A DNA stretch of 64,000 nt from an uncultured Bacteroidales bacterium. Lineage in GTDB: Bacteria > Bacteroidota > Bacteroidia > Bacteroidales > UBA10428. A program made the translations under genes and the position numbers. The stretch's first letter is position 1; the number at the start of each line of letters is the position of its first letter. This document shows, piece by piece, positions 20,366-30,590 of this stretch. The notes beneath the pieces are model-generated. The model saw nothing but the letters and a program-made list of their open reading frames with translations. It had not been told where the DNA came from and searched no databases. The stretch covers positions 15,233 through 79,232 of the forward strand of contig CAZHQW010000006.1 in assembly GCA_964534745.1 (NCBI GenBank), read 5' to 3'.

Positions 20366-20488
20366 CCGCCATGTAACTTATTAACCGCTACCTGTTATTA
20401 ACTTTAGTAATTAACCCTTTTATTATTTTAATTTAAATCAAACACTTATTAATTTTAAGGCATATTTGTAATGCTTTAAAGTTAATCA

Positions 20489-22867
20489 ATGGGCAGAAAG
20501 AAAAATCAGAACGGCAATTTAAAAAAGAGAGGTCTGGTTGCACTAATAAAGGATGAAAGATTCGGATTTACTGTCGGATTAATAATCACATGTTTTGCAA
20601 TCCTTGTTTTTCTTTCGTTGCTATCGTATCTTTTTACATGGACAAAAGATTCTGAATTTAGGTGCAGCGAGGTTTTTTCGGATGGACAGGTTTTTAACTG
20701 GGCAGGAAAGGTTGGAGCCTGTCTTGCCACATTGCTTATAGAACGATGGTTCGGCATTGTATCATTCTCAATTCCTTTTATGATTCTTATTCTGGGCCTC
20801 TCACTGCTTAATGTTAAAGTCCTTCCCCTTGGCAAGACAATAAGGATTTCAATTATAGGCACAATAATCCTTTCTGTATGGCTTGCATTTATACTGAAGG
20901 AATATGATACCTCGGAAGGGCAGTTTATACTGTTCAGGTACGGACTGGGAGGTGGACATGGGTCTTTTGTGAGTGGATGGCTTATCGGATTCATTGGCAA
21001 AATAGGAACTGCATTTTTACTCCTTATTGCCACTTTTGCACTGGTTATTTTCTCATTCAGGAACTCATTCGGACTTCTGAAATCATTTTTTAAATATATA
21101 ATTAATAAAATATCAAAAATATATTCAGGAGCAACAGCAGAAAATGAAACTGGCACAGTTGAAATAGAGCTCGATACAGGCAATAAGTCCGAAGACCTTG
21201 TGTTTGAGACCGAATTTCCGCTGAGAGAACCCCCTGATAGCAGTAATAAAGAAGATGAGATAACCGGACTTGCTGAAGAGGAAGATGAGACTATAACAGC
21301 AGGGAGTAATGATAATAAAGATGAAGCCGACGATATGCTGGATATCGAGGAGCTTGAGGATTATGATCCTACACTCGAGCTCAGCAAGTTCAAGCTTCCT
21401 ACGCTTGATCTGCTTGAAAAATACGAAAATCCCGACTCAAGTGTTACCAACGAAGAGCTGATAAGCAATAAGAACAAGATCGTTGAAACCCTGGCCCACT
21501 ACAAAATAAAAATTAACAAGATCAAGGCGACTATAGGTCCGGCAGTTACTCTCTACGAGATAGTTCCTGCTCCGGGTGTCCGTATTTCAAGGATTAAGAG
21601 CCTCGAAGACGACATAGCATTAAATCTTGCTGCGCTGGGCATAAGGATAATAGCACCGATACCGGGGAGGGGGACCATAGGAATAGAGGTGCCCAATCAA
21701 AATCCTGAGATAGTATCCATCAGATCTATCTTAAGTTCCAGAAAGTTCCAGGAATCTGATTATGACCTGACTATTGCACTCGGTAAGACAATATCAAACG
21801 AAACCTATGTCTTTGACCTCACAAAAATGCCGCATCTGCTTGTAGCCGGGGCAACCGGACAAGGGAAGTCGGTGGGACTGAATACCATAATTGCCTCACT
21901 TCTGTTTAAAAATCACCCGGCCAAACTGAAACTCGTTCTGATTGACCCCAAGAAAGTTGAGCTTACACTATACTCAAGGATAGAAAAGCATTACCTTGCC
22001 AAAGTTCCCGATATCGAGGATGCTATTATTAACGGTACGCAGAATGTGATATACACTCTGAACTCACTGACCATTGAAATGGATCAGCGTTATGACCTGC
22101 TGAAGAAAGCCCAGGTGAGAAATATTAAAGAATACAACCAGAAATTCATCAAGCGCAGGCTTAATCCTGAAAAGGGACACCGCTATATGCCATATATAGT
22201 GGTAATAATAGATGAGTTTGCCGATCTTATCATGATAGCAGGCAAGGAAGTGGAAATGCCCCTGGCCCGTCTGGCTCAACTGGCAAGAGCCATTGGAATT
22301 CATCTGGTTATAGCCACACAGAGGCCCACTACAAATATAATCACGGGTATTATTAAAGCAAACTTCCCTGCAAGGATGGCCTTCAGGGTAACATCAATGA
22401 TTGATTCAAGGACCATACTTGACAGTCCGGGAGCCAACCAGCTGGTTGGGAGAGGTGATATGCTATTCGCCCAGGGGAATGATATGATCAGGCTGCAGTG
22501 TGCATTTATTGACATACCCGAAATTGAAAAGATAACTGAATATATAGGTTCGCAGCAAGCCTTTGCAACAGCAATGTATCTGCCTGAATATGCAGATGAC
22601 AGTTCATTTGAAACAGCTGAGGTCGACCTGTCAAAACGAGACAACCTTTTTAACGAAGCTGCAAGGCTGGTTGTCATTCACCAGCAAGGCTCAACATCAC
22701 TGATACAAAGAAAATTTTCCATAGGTTACAACCGGGCGGGACGTATCATTGACCAGCTCGAGGCAGCAGGTATAGTCGGACCCTTTGAAGGAAGCAAAGC
22801 CCGCCAGGTTATGTTCTCTGACGAATACTCCCTGGAACAGTTTTTGAATTCCCTGAATAATAAATAA
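20489..22867 (+). CDS. ftsK: DNA translocase FtsK
   Basis: N-terminal TM helices, acidic linker, Walker A GATGQGKSV, IDEFADL, ATQRP, C-terminal gamma domain (QRKFSIGYNRAGRIIDQLE). Confidence 0.95.
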   Translation: MGRKKNQNGNLKKRGLVALIKDERFGFTVGLIITCFAILVFLSLLSYLFTWTKDSEFRCSEVFSDGQVFNWAGKVGACLATLLIERWFGIVSFSIPFMILILGLSLLNVKVLPLGKTIRISIIGTIILSVWLAFILKEYDTSEGQFILFRYGLGGGHGSFVSGWLIGFIGKIGTAFLLLIATFALVIFSFRNSFGLLKSFFKYIINKISKIYSGATAENETGTVEIELDTGNKSEDLVFETEFPLREPPDSSNKEDEITGLAEEEDETITAGSNDNKDEADDMLDIEELEDYDPTLELSKFKLPTLDLLEKYENPDSSVTNEELISNKNKIVETLAHYKIKINKIKATIGPAVTLYEIVPAPGVRISRIKSLEDDIALNLAALGIRIIAPIPGRGTIGIEVPNQNPEIVSIRSILSSRKFQESDYDLTIALGKTISNETYVFDLTKMPHLLVAGATGQGKSVGLNTIIASLLFKNHPAKLKLVLIDPKKVELTLYSRIEKHYLAKVPDIEDAIINGTQNVIYTLNSLTIEMDQRYDLLKKAQVRNIKEYNQKFIKRRLNPEKGHRYMPYIVVIIDEFADLIMIAGKEVEMPLARLAQLARAIGIHLVIATQRPTTNIITGIIKANFPARMAFRVTSMIDSRTILDSPGANQLVGRGDMLFAQGNDMIRLQCAFIDIPEIEKITEYIGSQQAFATAMYLPEYADDSSFETAEVDLSKRDNLFNEAARLVVIHQQGSTSLIQRKFSIGYNRAGRIIDQLEAAGIVGPFEGSKARQVMFSDEYSLEQFLNSLNNK

Positions 22868-22876
22868 TAATTAGCC

Positions 22877-23524
22877 ATGCAAAAATATATTCTTGTCTTT
22901 ACGATGCTGCTTATTGCACAGTATTCCCTGTGCCAGCAGGATTCTGAAGCCCGTGAGATACTGGACAGGGTGGCTGAGAAATCAAAATCCTTTAAATCGA
23001 TCCGGGCTGACTATGAACTGGTAATTGAAGACCGTAAAGAAGAGGTGCAAACAGAAAGCAAGGGAAGGATAATCATTAAGAAAAACAAATATAAACTGGA
23101 ATCCGATGAATCAACAATATATTATGACGGCAGGACTATGTGGACCTATACCCCGGATAACCATGAAGTAGTAATATCGGAACCCGATACCCTTGATGAA
23201 AATTTCCTCGTTAACCCGGCAAGCATATTTGATATCTATAACAGGGATTTCAAATACAGGTATGACGGCGAAATTGATGTTGGCAACATTAAGATGCATG
23301 AGATACACATGTTTCCAAAAAACCTGGAACAGCCGTATTCAAGAATTATTTTACATATAAATGCAGGCAAAAACCTGTTGTCGGGTATAAAGATAGTTGG
23401 CAAGGACGGGGTTGATTATACCATTTCTCTTGATAATTATATCACAGATGAAGATATCGATGATTCTGTATTTACTTTCAACAGCTCAAAATATAAGAAA
23501 GCGGAGATAATAGACCTCAGGTAA
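22877..23524 (+). CDS. lolA: LolA-like outer-membrane lipoprotein carrier protein
   Basis: Signal peptide. SFKSIRADYELVIEDRK...KGRIIIKKNKYKLE pattern. ftsK-lolA synteny is conserved. Confidence 0.65.
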   Translation: MQKYILVFTMLLIAQYSLCQQDSEAREILDRVAEKSKSFKSIRADYELVIEDRKEEVQTESKGRIIIKKNKYKLESDESTIYYDGRTMWTYTPDNHEVVISEPDTLDENFLVNPASIFDIYNRDFKYRYDGEIDVGNIKMHEIHMFPKNLEQPYSRIILHINAGKNLLSGIKIVGKDGVDYTISLDNYITDEDIDDSVFTFNSSKYKKAEIIDLR

Positions 23525-23544
23525 GACGTGAGCTGCCACTCCTC

Positions 23545-25698
23545 CTACTGCGGATATACAATCCTTGCATGATATATGTTCTTCAGTCTTTTTATGAATA
23601 CCTCCTTAATAGTAGTAATATCCCTGAAGGTAATATTCGCATTATTATACTGCTCTTCCTTTTGCTGGTAGCTGATAATATTTTCCACGGTCTTTTCGAG
23701 TGTCTTTTCATTAATTGTCTTAAGGCTCCTTGAGGCGGCTTCAACTGCATCAGCCATCATCATTATTGCCGTTTCTTTTGAAAAAGGTTTTGGCCCCGGG
23801 TACGAGAACTTCCTCACATCCACTTCTTCCTCAGGATACTTTTTAATATAGGAACGGTAAAAATACTGCACAGTGGTCGTGCCGTGGTGAGTTCTTATAA
23901 AATCAACTATAGCCTGGGGCAGATTGTGCTTCCGGGCCGTTTCAACGCCGTTTTCAACATGGCTTATTATTATTTTTGCACTCTCTTCAAACTCAAGGTT
24001 ATCATGGGGATTAATATCGGAAGACTGGTTTTCAATATAGTATATAGGTTTGGCCATTTTACCTATGTCGTGATACAAAGCGGCTGTCCGCACCAGTAAA
24101 GGATTTCCGCCAACCTTTATTGTGGCCTCCTCGGCCAGGTTGGCAACCTGCAGCGAATGCTGAAAAGTGCCGGGTGCAGTCTCTGCCAGTTTTCTTAATA
24201 AAGGCTGGTTGGTATCGGACAATTCAAACAGCGTGGCATCGGAAAGGAAACCGAAAGTTTTTTCGAATATGTACATTAAAGGATAGGCAATAAGAACAAG
24301 TATTCCATTTATGCCGAACCAGGCAAATATAGTCAGATCCTCGGAGGTCATATTTGTTACGTTACCTTCCTTGACGATCATAATGCCGAAATAAAGTGCA
24401 CAATAGGTGATAAAGACCAGCAGTGCTGTAATAACCAGCTTCGATCTCCTGTAAAGGTTTGTCAGGCTGAAAATTGCTACCATACCTGCTATGGAGCTCA
24501 GAAAGACAAACTCAAAGCTATTGGGTGCAAAAAAGCCTATTAACAATATCGCTATGAAATGAATAAACAATGCCAGGCGTTCGTCGTAAAATGTTTTCAG
24601 AATTATCGGGAGGATAACAAAAGGTATAACATAGATGTTTACGCTATTCAGCCTGGTGATCAGGCTTGCAATCAGAATAATCAGGATAAAAAGGAAAAGT
24701 ATAAATCCGGTCTTCTTGGTATCATTTAATACTTCTTTCCTGAAGTTATACAGGAAAAGGAATATAACCAGCATTGACAGAAACACGAGGATACTTTTAC
24801 CAAGTTTGACCAGCTGGTCGGTCATGAAGCCTAACTGCTGTTCATATTCCATTTTTAATGACTCCAGAACCCTGAATTTATCATTCGTAACAACCTCCCC
24901 GTTTGAAATTACTAGCTGCCCCTTCTGTATCATGCCATGAGTAAGTGATATTTTATCTATAATTTCTTTCTGTGCCTTCATTGACTTGCTCTCGTCATAG
25001 TTGACATTAACCTTAATGAAGGTATTAAGGTCAAACTGCTTGAAAAAACTGCGGTACCTTTTGGTATAATATGTATTGTTATCAGTAAGGTATTGATTCA
25101 GGCTCATTTTCAGGTATTCATATGCAGACTTTGTTGTGAACATATCTTCAAGCTCCAGTTCCTCACTTATGTTCCCTTTTATAACATGTACAGAAGTTAT
25201 TTTCCTGTTAAGTTTTTCCTCCAGATCACCTATTTCAATTATACCTTTCAAATATATTTTTTGCAGCTGCTCTGTTATGTAATCCCTTATTTGTGCACCC
25301 ATTTCAATAAGGCTGTTGTAATTGCCGCTGTTTAAATATTCCTTTTCACTTCTGATTCTGAATTCGGCCATTGTATACTCTGACCACTTTCGGTCAAATG
25401 TTTCTTCAAACTTCTCCAGCTGGTCCGTAACTATATAAGCATCATAAGCAAAATAAGGTTTGAAAAACCTCATAACCGAGTCTCTTTCTTTAGCAAGCAT
25501 CGACTCCGATTTATAAATAGGAAAGTCAAAAGGAGCTTTCAGGTCATCGTGCTTCCATACCTCCATCTTCCTGAATTCGTATTTGAATTTGCCCTGTCTC
25601 GGGAATAAGTATACTATTATAAATGCACTGATAATGAATAAAAAAACTACAGTTATCAGTTTTAAATTTTCCCTTATATATTTAAAAAACCTGCTCAA
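23545..25698 (-). CDS. 7TM-receptor HD/HDIG phosphohydrolase (PgpH-like)
   Basis: Extracellular N-domain, 7 TM helices, HSLQVANLAE and LYHDIGKM (HDIG) motifs. 717 aa. Confidence 0.85.
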   Translation of the reverse strand: MSRFFKYIRENLKLITVVFLFIISAFIIVYLFPRQGKFKYEFRKMEVWKHDDLKAPFDFPIYKSESMLAKERDSVMRFFKPYFAYDAYIVTDQLEKFEETFDRKWSEYTMAEFRIRSEKEYLNSGNYNSLIEMGAQIRDYITEQLQKIYLKGIIEIGDLEEKLNRKITSVHVIKGNISEELELEDMFTTKSAYEYLKMSLNQYLTDNNTYYTKRYRSFFKQFDLNTFIKVNVNYDESKSMKAQKEIIDKISLTHGMIQKGQLVISNGEVVTNDKFRVLESLKMEYEQQLGFMTDQLVKLGKSILVFLSMLVIFLFLYNFRKEVLNDTKKTGFILFLFILIILIASLITRLNSVNIYVIPFVILPIILKTFYDERLALFIHFIAILLIGFFAPNSFEFVFLSSIAGMVAIFSLTNLYRRSKLVITALLVFITYCALYFGIMIVKEGNVTNMTSEDLTIFAWFGINGILVLIAYPLMYIFEKTFGFLSDATLFELSDTNQPLLRKLAETAPGTFQHSLQVANLAEEATIKVGGNPLLVRTAALYHDIGKMAKPIYYIENQSSDINPHDNLEFEESAKIIISHVENGVETARKHNLPQAIVDFIRTHHGTTTVQYFYRSYIKKYPEEEVDVRKFSYPGPKPFSKETAIMMMADAVEAASRSLKTINEKTLEKTVENIISYQQKEEQYNNANITFRDITTIKEVFIKRLKNIYHARIVYPQ

Positions 25699-25837
25699 CG
25701 GATGAATATTTGGATTTTATTAATACAAATTTTATTAATACAAAATAAATAAAAATTTACGCTTATTTATTTGATAAACAGCAAATATTTATATAAGTTC
25801 ATTCTTTCGCTGTTATAAATTCTTAAATTTTCCTGCA

Positions 25838-26626
25838 ATGGAATACGGAATAGCGCTTTTAAGTATCACGCCTGTAAGAAGAGAAAGCAGCGAGAAAAGT
25901 GAAATGACGAGCCAGCTGCTTTTTGGAGAGTGCTTCAAAATACTGGAGATGAAAAATAATTGGGTTCTGATTGAATCACTATATGATAGACACCAGGGAT
26001 GGGCAGATGAAATAATGATCACCGAGATCAGTATGGACACGTACAATTTGCTGTCTTCCGGAGCTTCTCTGACGGTCAGGCAGAAAACGCTGGATTTAAT
26101 TCTGGCGGACAATTCGACACAGACTATTTTTGCGGGCAGCACCCTGCCGTTTTTTAATATAAATGCCGGAGGATTTGAGATTGAAGGCAGGCAATACAGG
26201 ACAAAGGAAAAGCCTCATTGTCCGGATATTAAAAATATAAGGCAGGAATTAGAGAATATTGTAGTAATGTATTCTAATGCGCCCTACCTGTGGGGAGGCC
26301 GTTCACCGTTTGGTATTGACTGTTCGGGATTAACACAGGTAGTATGCAGGATATGCGGGATCATGCTCCCCAGGAATGCATCACAGCAATCGGCCTGCGG
26401 TAAACCTGTAGCTGACCTCAGGCAGTCAAAAAAGGGTGATCTTGCCTTCTTTGCAAAAGGCAGTCCGGATAACATCACCCATACCGGTATATTGCTTCAG
26501 CAAGACAGGATTATTCATGCCTCCGGCAGTGTAAGAACAGATATGATTGATGAAAAAGGAATTTTCAATGAAGCTCTCGATGTCTATACACACAGACTTG
26601 TGAGTATCAGAAATGTTATTGACTGA
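25838..26626 (+). CDS. NlpC/P60 (C40) peptidase with N-terminal SH3-like domain
   Basis: YLWGGRSPFGIDCSGLTQVV (catalytic Cys) and ITHTGILL (His). Confidence 0.8.
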   Translation: MEYGIALLSITPVRRESSEKSEMTSQLLFGECFKILEMKNNWVLIESLYDRHQGWADEIMITEISMDTYNLLSSGASLTVRQKTLDLILADNSTQTIFAGSTLPFFNINAGGFEIEGRQYRTKEKPHCPDIKNIRQELENIVVMYSNAPYLWGGRSPFGIDCSGLTQVVCRICGIMLPRNASQQSACGKPVADLRQSKKGDLAFFAKGSPDNITHTGILLQQDRIIHASGSVRTDMIDEKGIFNEALDVYTHRLVSIRNVID

Positions 26627-26632
26627 CAATAA

Positions 26633-27208
26633 TTAACAGTATAGGACTATCTCATCAAGACTCCTTTTGGGCACATGATGAACATCATTCTTATCTCTCC
26701 AGTACTGAATGTTACCTGTTTCATCAACCTGTTCAAGTATTATTTCCTCGCCAGGTTCACCCAGGGCTATGACCAGAGGAATCTGGTACTTCATGGGAAT
26801 CTTCAGATCCTTCCTTAATCCCGGCCTGTTCAGTGATCCAATCATGCAGCCGCCAAGTCCCCTTTCAACGGCACCAAGAAGTATGCTCTGGGCAGCAATG
26901 CCAACGTCAACTTCAATAGTGGAATGTATTTCAGTATCCCCCAGTATTATTATATAACCTGCGGGCCTCTCCCCTTCCCCCGGTCCGTCCCAGTTTTTAA
27001 GATAATATGCCCACTTAAGGTGTTTGAATATCTTCGAATTTTTCTGCGTGTCAACAGACAGTAAAAACTTCAGCCCCTGTATATTGCCGCTGGATGCCGA
27101 TAACCTCGCAAAATCCACCAGTTCCTTCAGTGTATCCATATCAATCATATGATCCTGCCTGAACCTTCTGTAGCTTCTGTTCCTTTTAATCAGATCCTTA
27201 AATTCCAT
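26633..27208 (-). CDS. Nitroreductase family protein
   Basis: RNRSYRRF FMN-binding motif. I prefer the ATG at 27208 over the ORF-track TTG at 27235, because a -7 box overlaps the TTG. Confidence 0.75.
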   Translation of the reverse strand: MEFKDLIKRNRSYRRFRQDHMIDMDTLKELVDFARLSASSGNIQGLKFLLSVDTQKNSKIFKHLKWAYYLKNWDGPGEGERPAGYIIILGDTEIHSTIEVDVGIAAQSILLGAVERGLGGCMIGSLNRPGLRKDLKIPMKYQIPLVIALGEPGEEIILEQVDETGNIQYWRDKNDVHHVPKRSLDEIVLYC

Positions 27209-27232
27209 AAAAGTTTTAAGTGTTTGTTTAAT

Positions 27233-27240
27233 CAAATATA
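27233..27240 (-). promoter_or_regulatory. -7 promoter box (TATATTTG on the minus strand) for the nitroreductase gene
   Basis: CAAATATA on the plus strand, 25 nt upstream of the ATG at 27208. Confidence 0.4.
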
Positions 27241-27306
27241 ATTTATTTTTGTTTACTATTATTAATTATATTTATTACATAAAATAAGCTGAAAAAAAGA
27301 AATAAA

Positions 27307-28311
27307 ATGAGCCTTTTTAAGCCAATTGAAAATCTTGATAATGATAGAAAAGAAAAAGACTCTGCAGCAGGGTCAGAAAGAGTAAGGTGCCTGATTATAG
27401 GTTCGGGTCCGGCAGGCTACACTGCTGCCATATATGCAGCAAGGGCAAACATAAAACCAGTTTTGTATGAGGGACTGGAGCCAGGTGGACAATTAACGAC
27501 AACCACTGATGTCGAAAATTACCCGGGTTACCCCGGGGGGGTAAGCGGACCAAAAATGATGGAGGATTTTAAGAAACAGGCAGAAAAGTTTGGTGCCGAT
27601 TGCCGCAGGGGCATTGCCACAGCCGCTGATCTGTCATCTGCCCCGTATAAAGTTACATTTGACAGTAACCATGTCCTTCTGTGCGATGCCTTAATTATAG
27701 CTACAGGGGCGACAGCCCGCTACCTGGGACTGGAATCCGAAACTAAATTCAAAGGTTCGGGGGTATCTGCATGCGCAACCTGCGACGGCTTTTTTTACAA
27801 AGGAAGGGATATTGCAGTTGTCGGGGGTGGTGACTCTGCATGCGAAGAGGCACTATACCTGTCAGGCTTATGCAATAAAGTGTATATGATCATAAGGAAA
27901 AACTATATGAGAGCCAGCAAGATTATGCAGGAAAGAGTGATGAAAACACCTAATATTGAAATACTTTTTGAAAGAAACACCAGGGAACTGCGGGGAAAAG
28001 ACGTGCTGGAGGAAGCAGTGCTCATAAAAAGAATGGGGCAGCCTGATGAAGAGGAAGAAAGAATAAAGATTGACGGATTCTTCCTGGCAATAGGACATGT
28101 GCCAAACTCACATCTTTTCAGGGACTATCTTGAAACTGATGAAACCGGGTATATAAAAACGCTTCCCGGTACTTCAAAAACAAAAATTCCCGGTGTTTTT
28201 GCGTGCGGTGATGTCCAGGATCCGGTATACAGGCAGGCTGTGACAGCTGCAGGCTCAGGATGCCGGGCAGCTATCGATGCCGAAAGGTATCTTTCTGAAA
28301 AAGGGATCTAG
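27307..28311 (+). CDS. trxB: Thioredoxin-disulfide reductase
   Basis: GSGPAGYTAA, redox-active CATCDG, GGGDSACEEA, GVFACGD. Confidence 0.9.
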   Translation: MSLFKPIENLDNDRKEKDSAAGSERVRCLIIGSGPAGYTAAIYAARANIKPVLYEGLEPGGQLTTTTDVENYPGYPGGVSGPKMMEDFKKQAEKFGADCRRGIATAADLSSAPYKVTFDSNHVLLCDALIIATGATARYLGLESETKFKGSGVSACATCDGFFYKGRDIAVVGGGDSACEEALYLSGLCNKVYMIIRKNYMRASKIMQERVMKTPNIEILFERNTRELRGKDVLEEAVLIKRMGQPDEEEERIKIDGFFLAIGHVPNSHLFRDYLETDETGYIKTLPGTSKTKIPGVFACGDVQDPVYRQAVTAAGSGCRAAIDAERYLSEKGI

Positions 28312-28312
28312 A

Positions 28313-29563
28313 TCATTTATTAAAGAAAGATCCTACTTTGTCTGACTTATAAGTACCGGCTACCAGCTTTTTATAAACCTCCCCGAAAGCCCTTATTGTC
28401 TCCTCCACATCTTTAAGGGTATGAACGGCCGTAGGAATAATTCTCAGCATTATAACATCCCTGGGCACTACCGGATACAATACAATTGAGCAGAATATCC
28501 TGTAATTCTCCCTGAGATCAATAACCATATTGCTGGCCTCAACTACTGAGCCCGAGAGAAATACGGGAGTTACCGGGGATTCGGTGTTTCCCAGGTTGAA
28601 TCCCTTTTCTTTGAGACCGCTCTGAAGGGCCCTGACAATCTTCCAGAGATCCTCCCTTAAAGCGGACTGGGTCCTGAGCAATTCCAGACGTTTCAATGCA
28701 CCCACAACCATCGGCATGGGTAATGCTTTGGCAAATACCTGCGAACGCATATTATATCTCAGATAGTTTATAATATCTTCATTACCTGCAACAAAAGCCC
28801 CAATGCCGGCCATTGACTTTGCAAAAGTGGAGAAATAAAGATCAATCTTATCCTGCACGCCGAAGTGTTCACCGGTACCTGCCCCTGTCTTGCCCATAGT
28901 CCCGAAGCCGTGAGCATCGTCAACAAGGATCCTGAAATTAAACTTCTTTTTCAGTGCAGTTATTTTATCGAGCTTAGCCAGATCACCTGCCATACCATAT
29001 ACTCCTTCAGTAACTACAAGTATCCCGCCACCCGTCTGATCAACAAGCCTGGCAGCCCTCTCCAGCTGCTTCTCACAACTCTCAATATTATTATGCGGAA
29101 ACATGAATCTCTTTCCCAGGTGAAGACGCACACCGTCAAAAATACATGCATGAGCTTCAGAATCATATACAACGACATCATTCCTGCCCAGGAGCGCATC
29201 AATAATTGAAACAACACCCTGGTATCCATAGTTAAGAAGAAATGCATCTTCCTTACCCACAAATTCTGCAAGCTGGTCTTCCAGCTCCTCATGCTTGCCT
29301 GTCTGTCCCGTTAACAACCTTGAGCCCATAGGATAGGCCAATCCCCACTCCTTAGCTGCTTCAGCATCGGCCTTCCTCACTTCAGGATGGTTTGCCAGTC
29401 CGATATAATTGTTTAGACTCCATACCAGTACTTCCTTACCCCTGAAAGTCATCCGCGGGCCCAGTTCACCCTCCAGCTTCGGAAATATAAAATATCCGTG
29501 GCCTACCTGCTGATATTGTCCAAGAGGCCCTTTATTCCTGTAAATTTTATCAAATATATCCAC
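28313..29563 (-). CDS. PLP-dependent alpha-oxoamine synthase family acyltransferase (Kbl/BioF/serine palmitoyltransferase/cysteate-acyltransferase-like)
   Basis: NNYIGLANHPEV, LVDDAHGFG and PLP-lysine block STFAKSMAG. The substrate cannot be assigned by eye. Confidence 0.8.
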   Translation of the reverse strand: MDIFDKIYRNKGPLGQYQQVGHGYFIFPKLEGELGPRMTFRGKEVLVWSLNNYIGLANHPEVRKADAEAAKEWGLAYPMGSRLLTGQTGKHEELEDQLAEFVGKEDAFLLNYGYQGVVSIIDALLGRNDVVVYDSEAHACIFDGVRLHLGKRFMFPHNNIESCEKQLERAARLVDQTGGGILVVTEGVYGMAGDLAKLDKITALKKKFNFRILVDDAHGFGTMGKTGAGTGEHFGVQDKIDLYFSTFAKSMAGIGAFVAGNEDIINYLRYNMRSQVFAKALPMPMVVGALKRLELLRTQSALREDLWKIVRALQSGLKEKGFNLGNTESPVTPVFLSGSVVEASNMVIDLRENYRIFCSIVLYPVVPRDVIMLRIIPTAVHTLKDVEETIRAFGEVYKKLVAGTYKSDKVGSFFNK

Positions 29564-29612
29564 AGTTATTAATTTTATTTGTTATTAATTTTTGGCGCTG
29601 TAATTTTCAGCA

Positions 29613-29620
29613 CAAAAGTA
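29613..29620 (-). promoter_or_regulatory. -7 box (TACTTTTG on the minus strand) upstream of the alpha-oxoamine synthase gene
   Basis: CAAAAGTA on the plus strand, about 50 nt upstream of the start at 29563. Confidence 0.35.
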
Positions 29621-29744
29621 ATTTTTTTTGAAATTAAGACAAACTTAATAGACTATTCATATAACAATTATGAAAATAAATTTTCAACATGTACCGTTAC
29701 ATATTTATCAATTAATATTTTGTATTTTATTTAAATAAAAATTG

Positions 29745-29752
29745 TAATTTTG
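29745..29752 (+). promoter_or_regulatory. -7 box (TAATTTTG) upstream of bamD
   Basis: Exact TAnnTTTG match 17 nt upstream of the ATG at 29769. Confidence 0.4.
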
Positions 29753-29768
29753 CGCGATATTTTAAAAT

Positions 29769-30590
29769 ATGGGTAAAAACATAATAATTACAACATTACT
29801 GGCTCTCCTGATTATCTCCTGTTCACGGTACGAAAGATTGTTGAAGAGTACTGACTATAACCTGAAATATAAAAAGGCATTTGAATATTACTATAAGGGC
29901 GAATATGTCAGGGCTTCAACACTGTTTGACCAGATTTCATCAATTTTCAGGGGTACCAATAAGGCTGACTCAGTTTATTTTTTCCAGGCAATGAGTTATT
30001 TTCACCAGAATGATTTTATTCTGGCTACACACTACCTTGAAACCTTTGTTAAAACATACGGCAACAGCAGGTTTGCAGAAGATGCAAGCTACTATAAAGC
30101 AATATGTTATTACAAGACATCACCAAGACCCAGCCTGGACCAGGCAAATACTATACAGGCCATTCAGTCGTTTCAGTTGTTTATTATAAAATACCCTGAC
30201 AGTCCGAGAGTTGATGAATGTAAAAACTTAATTATTGAACTGAGAGAAAAGCTTGTTGAGAAATCCTTTATGAGTGCCAGGTTATATTTTGACCTCGAAG
30301 ACTATAAGGCATCTATTGTAGCCCTGAATACCAGCCTGGGTGAATTTCCCGACAGCAAGTTCAGGGAGGATATCATGTTCCTTATTCTCAAATCAAGTTA
30401 TTTATTGGCTTACAACAGCGTGGAAAAGAAAAAGAAAGAAAGATACCAGTCATCTGTTGACGAATATTACTCGTTTATAGCAGAGTTCCCTGATAGCAAG
30501 TACAGGAAGGACGCGGACAAAATGTATGAAAATTCTTCAAAAATATTAAAATTAAATAACGGTTTAAATCAAACGGAAGATGGATTATAA
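29769..30590 (+). CDS. bamD: Outer membrane protein assembly factor BamD (TPR lipoprotein)
   Basis: Lipobox LLIISCS and TPR-like helices (YYYKGEYVRASTLFDQ...). Conserved bamD-rpoZ-coaBC neighbourhood. Confidence 0.75.
   Translation: MGKNIIITTLLALLIISCSRYERLLKSTDYNLKYKKAFEYYYKGEYVRASTLFDQISSIFRGTNKADSVYFFQAMSYFHQNDFILATHYLETFVKTYGNSRFAEDASYYKAICYYKTSPRPSLDQANTIQAIQSFQLFIIKYPDSPRVDECKNLIIELREKLVEKSFMSARLYFDLEDYKASIVALNTSLGEFPDSKFREDIMFLILKSSYLLAYNSVEKKKKERYQSSVDEYYSFIAEFPDSKYRKDADKMYENSSKILKLNNGLNQTEDGL

Noticed and set aside
20506-21183. A 225-aa ORF antisense to the ftsK N-terminal region. Similar long antisense or alternate-frame ORFs occur at 12402-12905, 2639-3070, 14880-15272, 18744-19154, 35018-35401, 35945-36328, 37944-38321 and 55299-55715.
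   Set aside because: Each lies wholly inside a confidently identified gene on the other strand or frame. Each has low-complexity, Ser/Ile/Phe-rich composition, no recognisable motif and no promoter box. I treat them as shadow ORFs.
27850-27915. The TrxB NADPH-specificity motif reads IRKNYMRA instead of the E. coli HRRDGFRA, which could hint at altered cofactor use.
   Set aside because: Two of the three phosphate-contacting basic residues are kept and the third is a conservative Arg-to-Lys change. The GGGDSA dinucleotide motif and the CATC redox centre are intact. This is insufficient evidence for a ferredoxin- or NADH-dependent variant.
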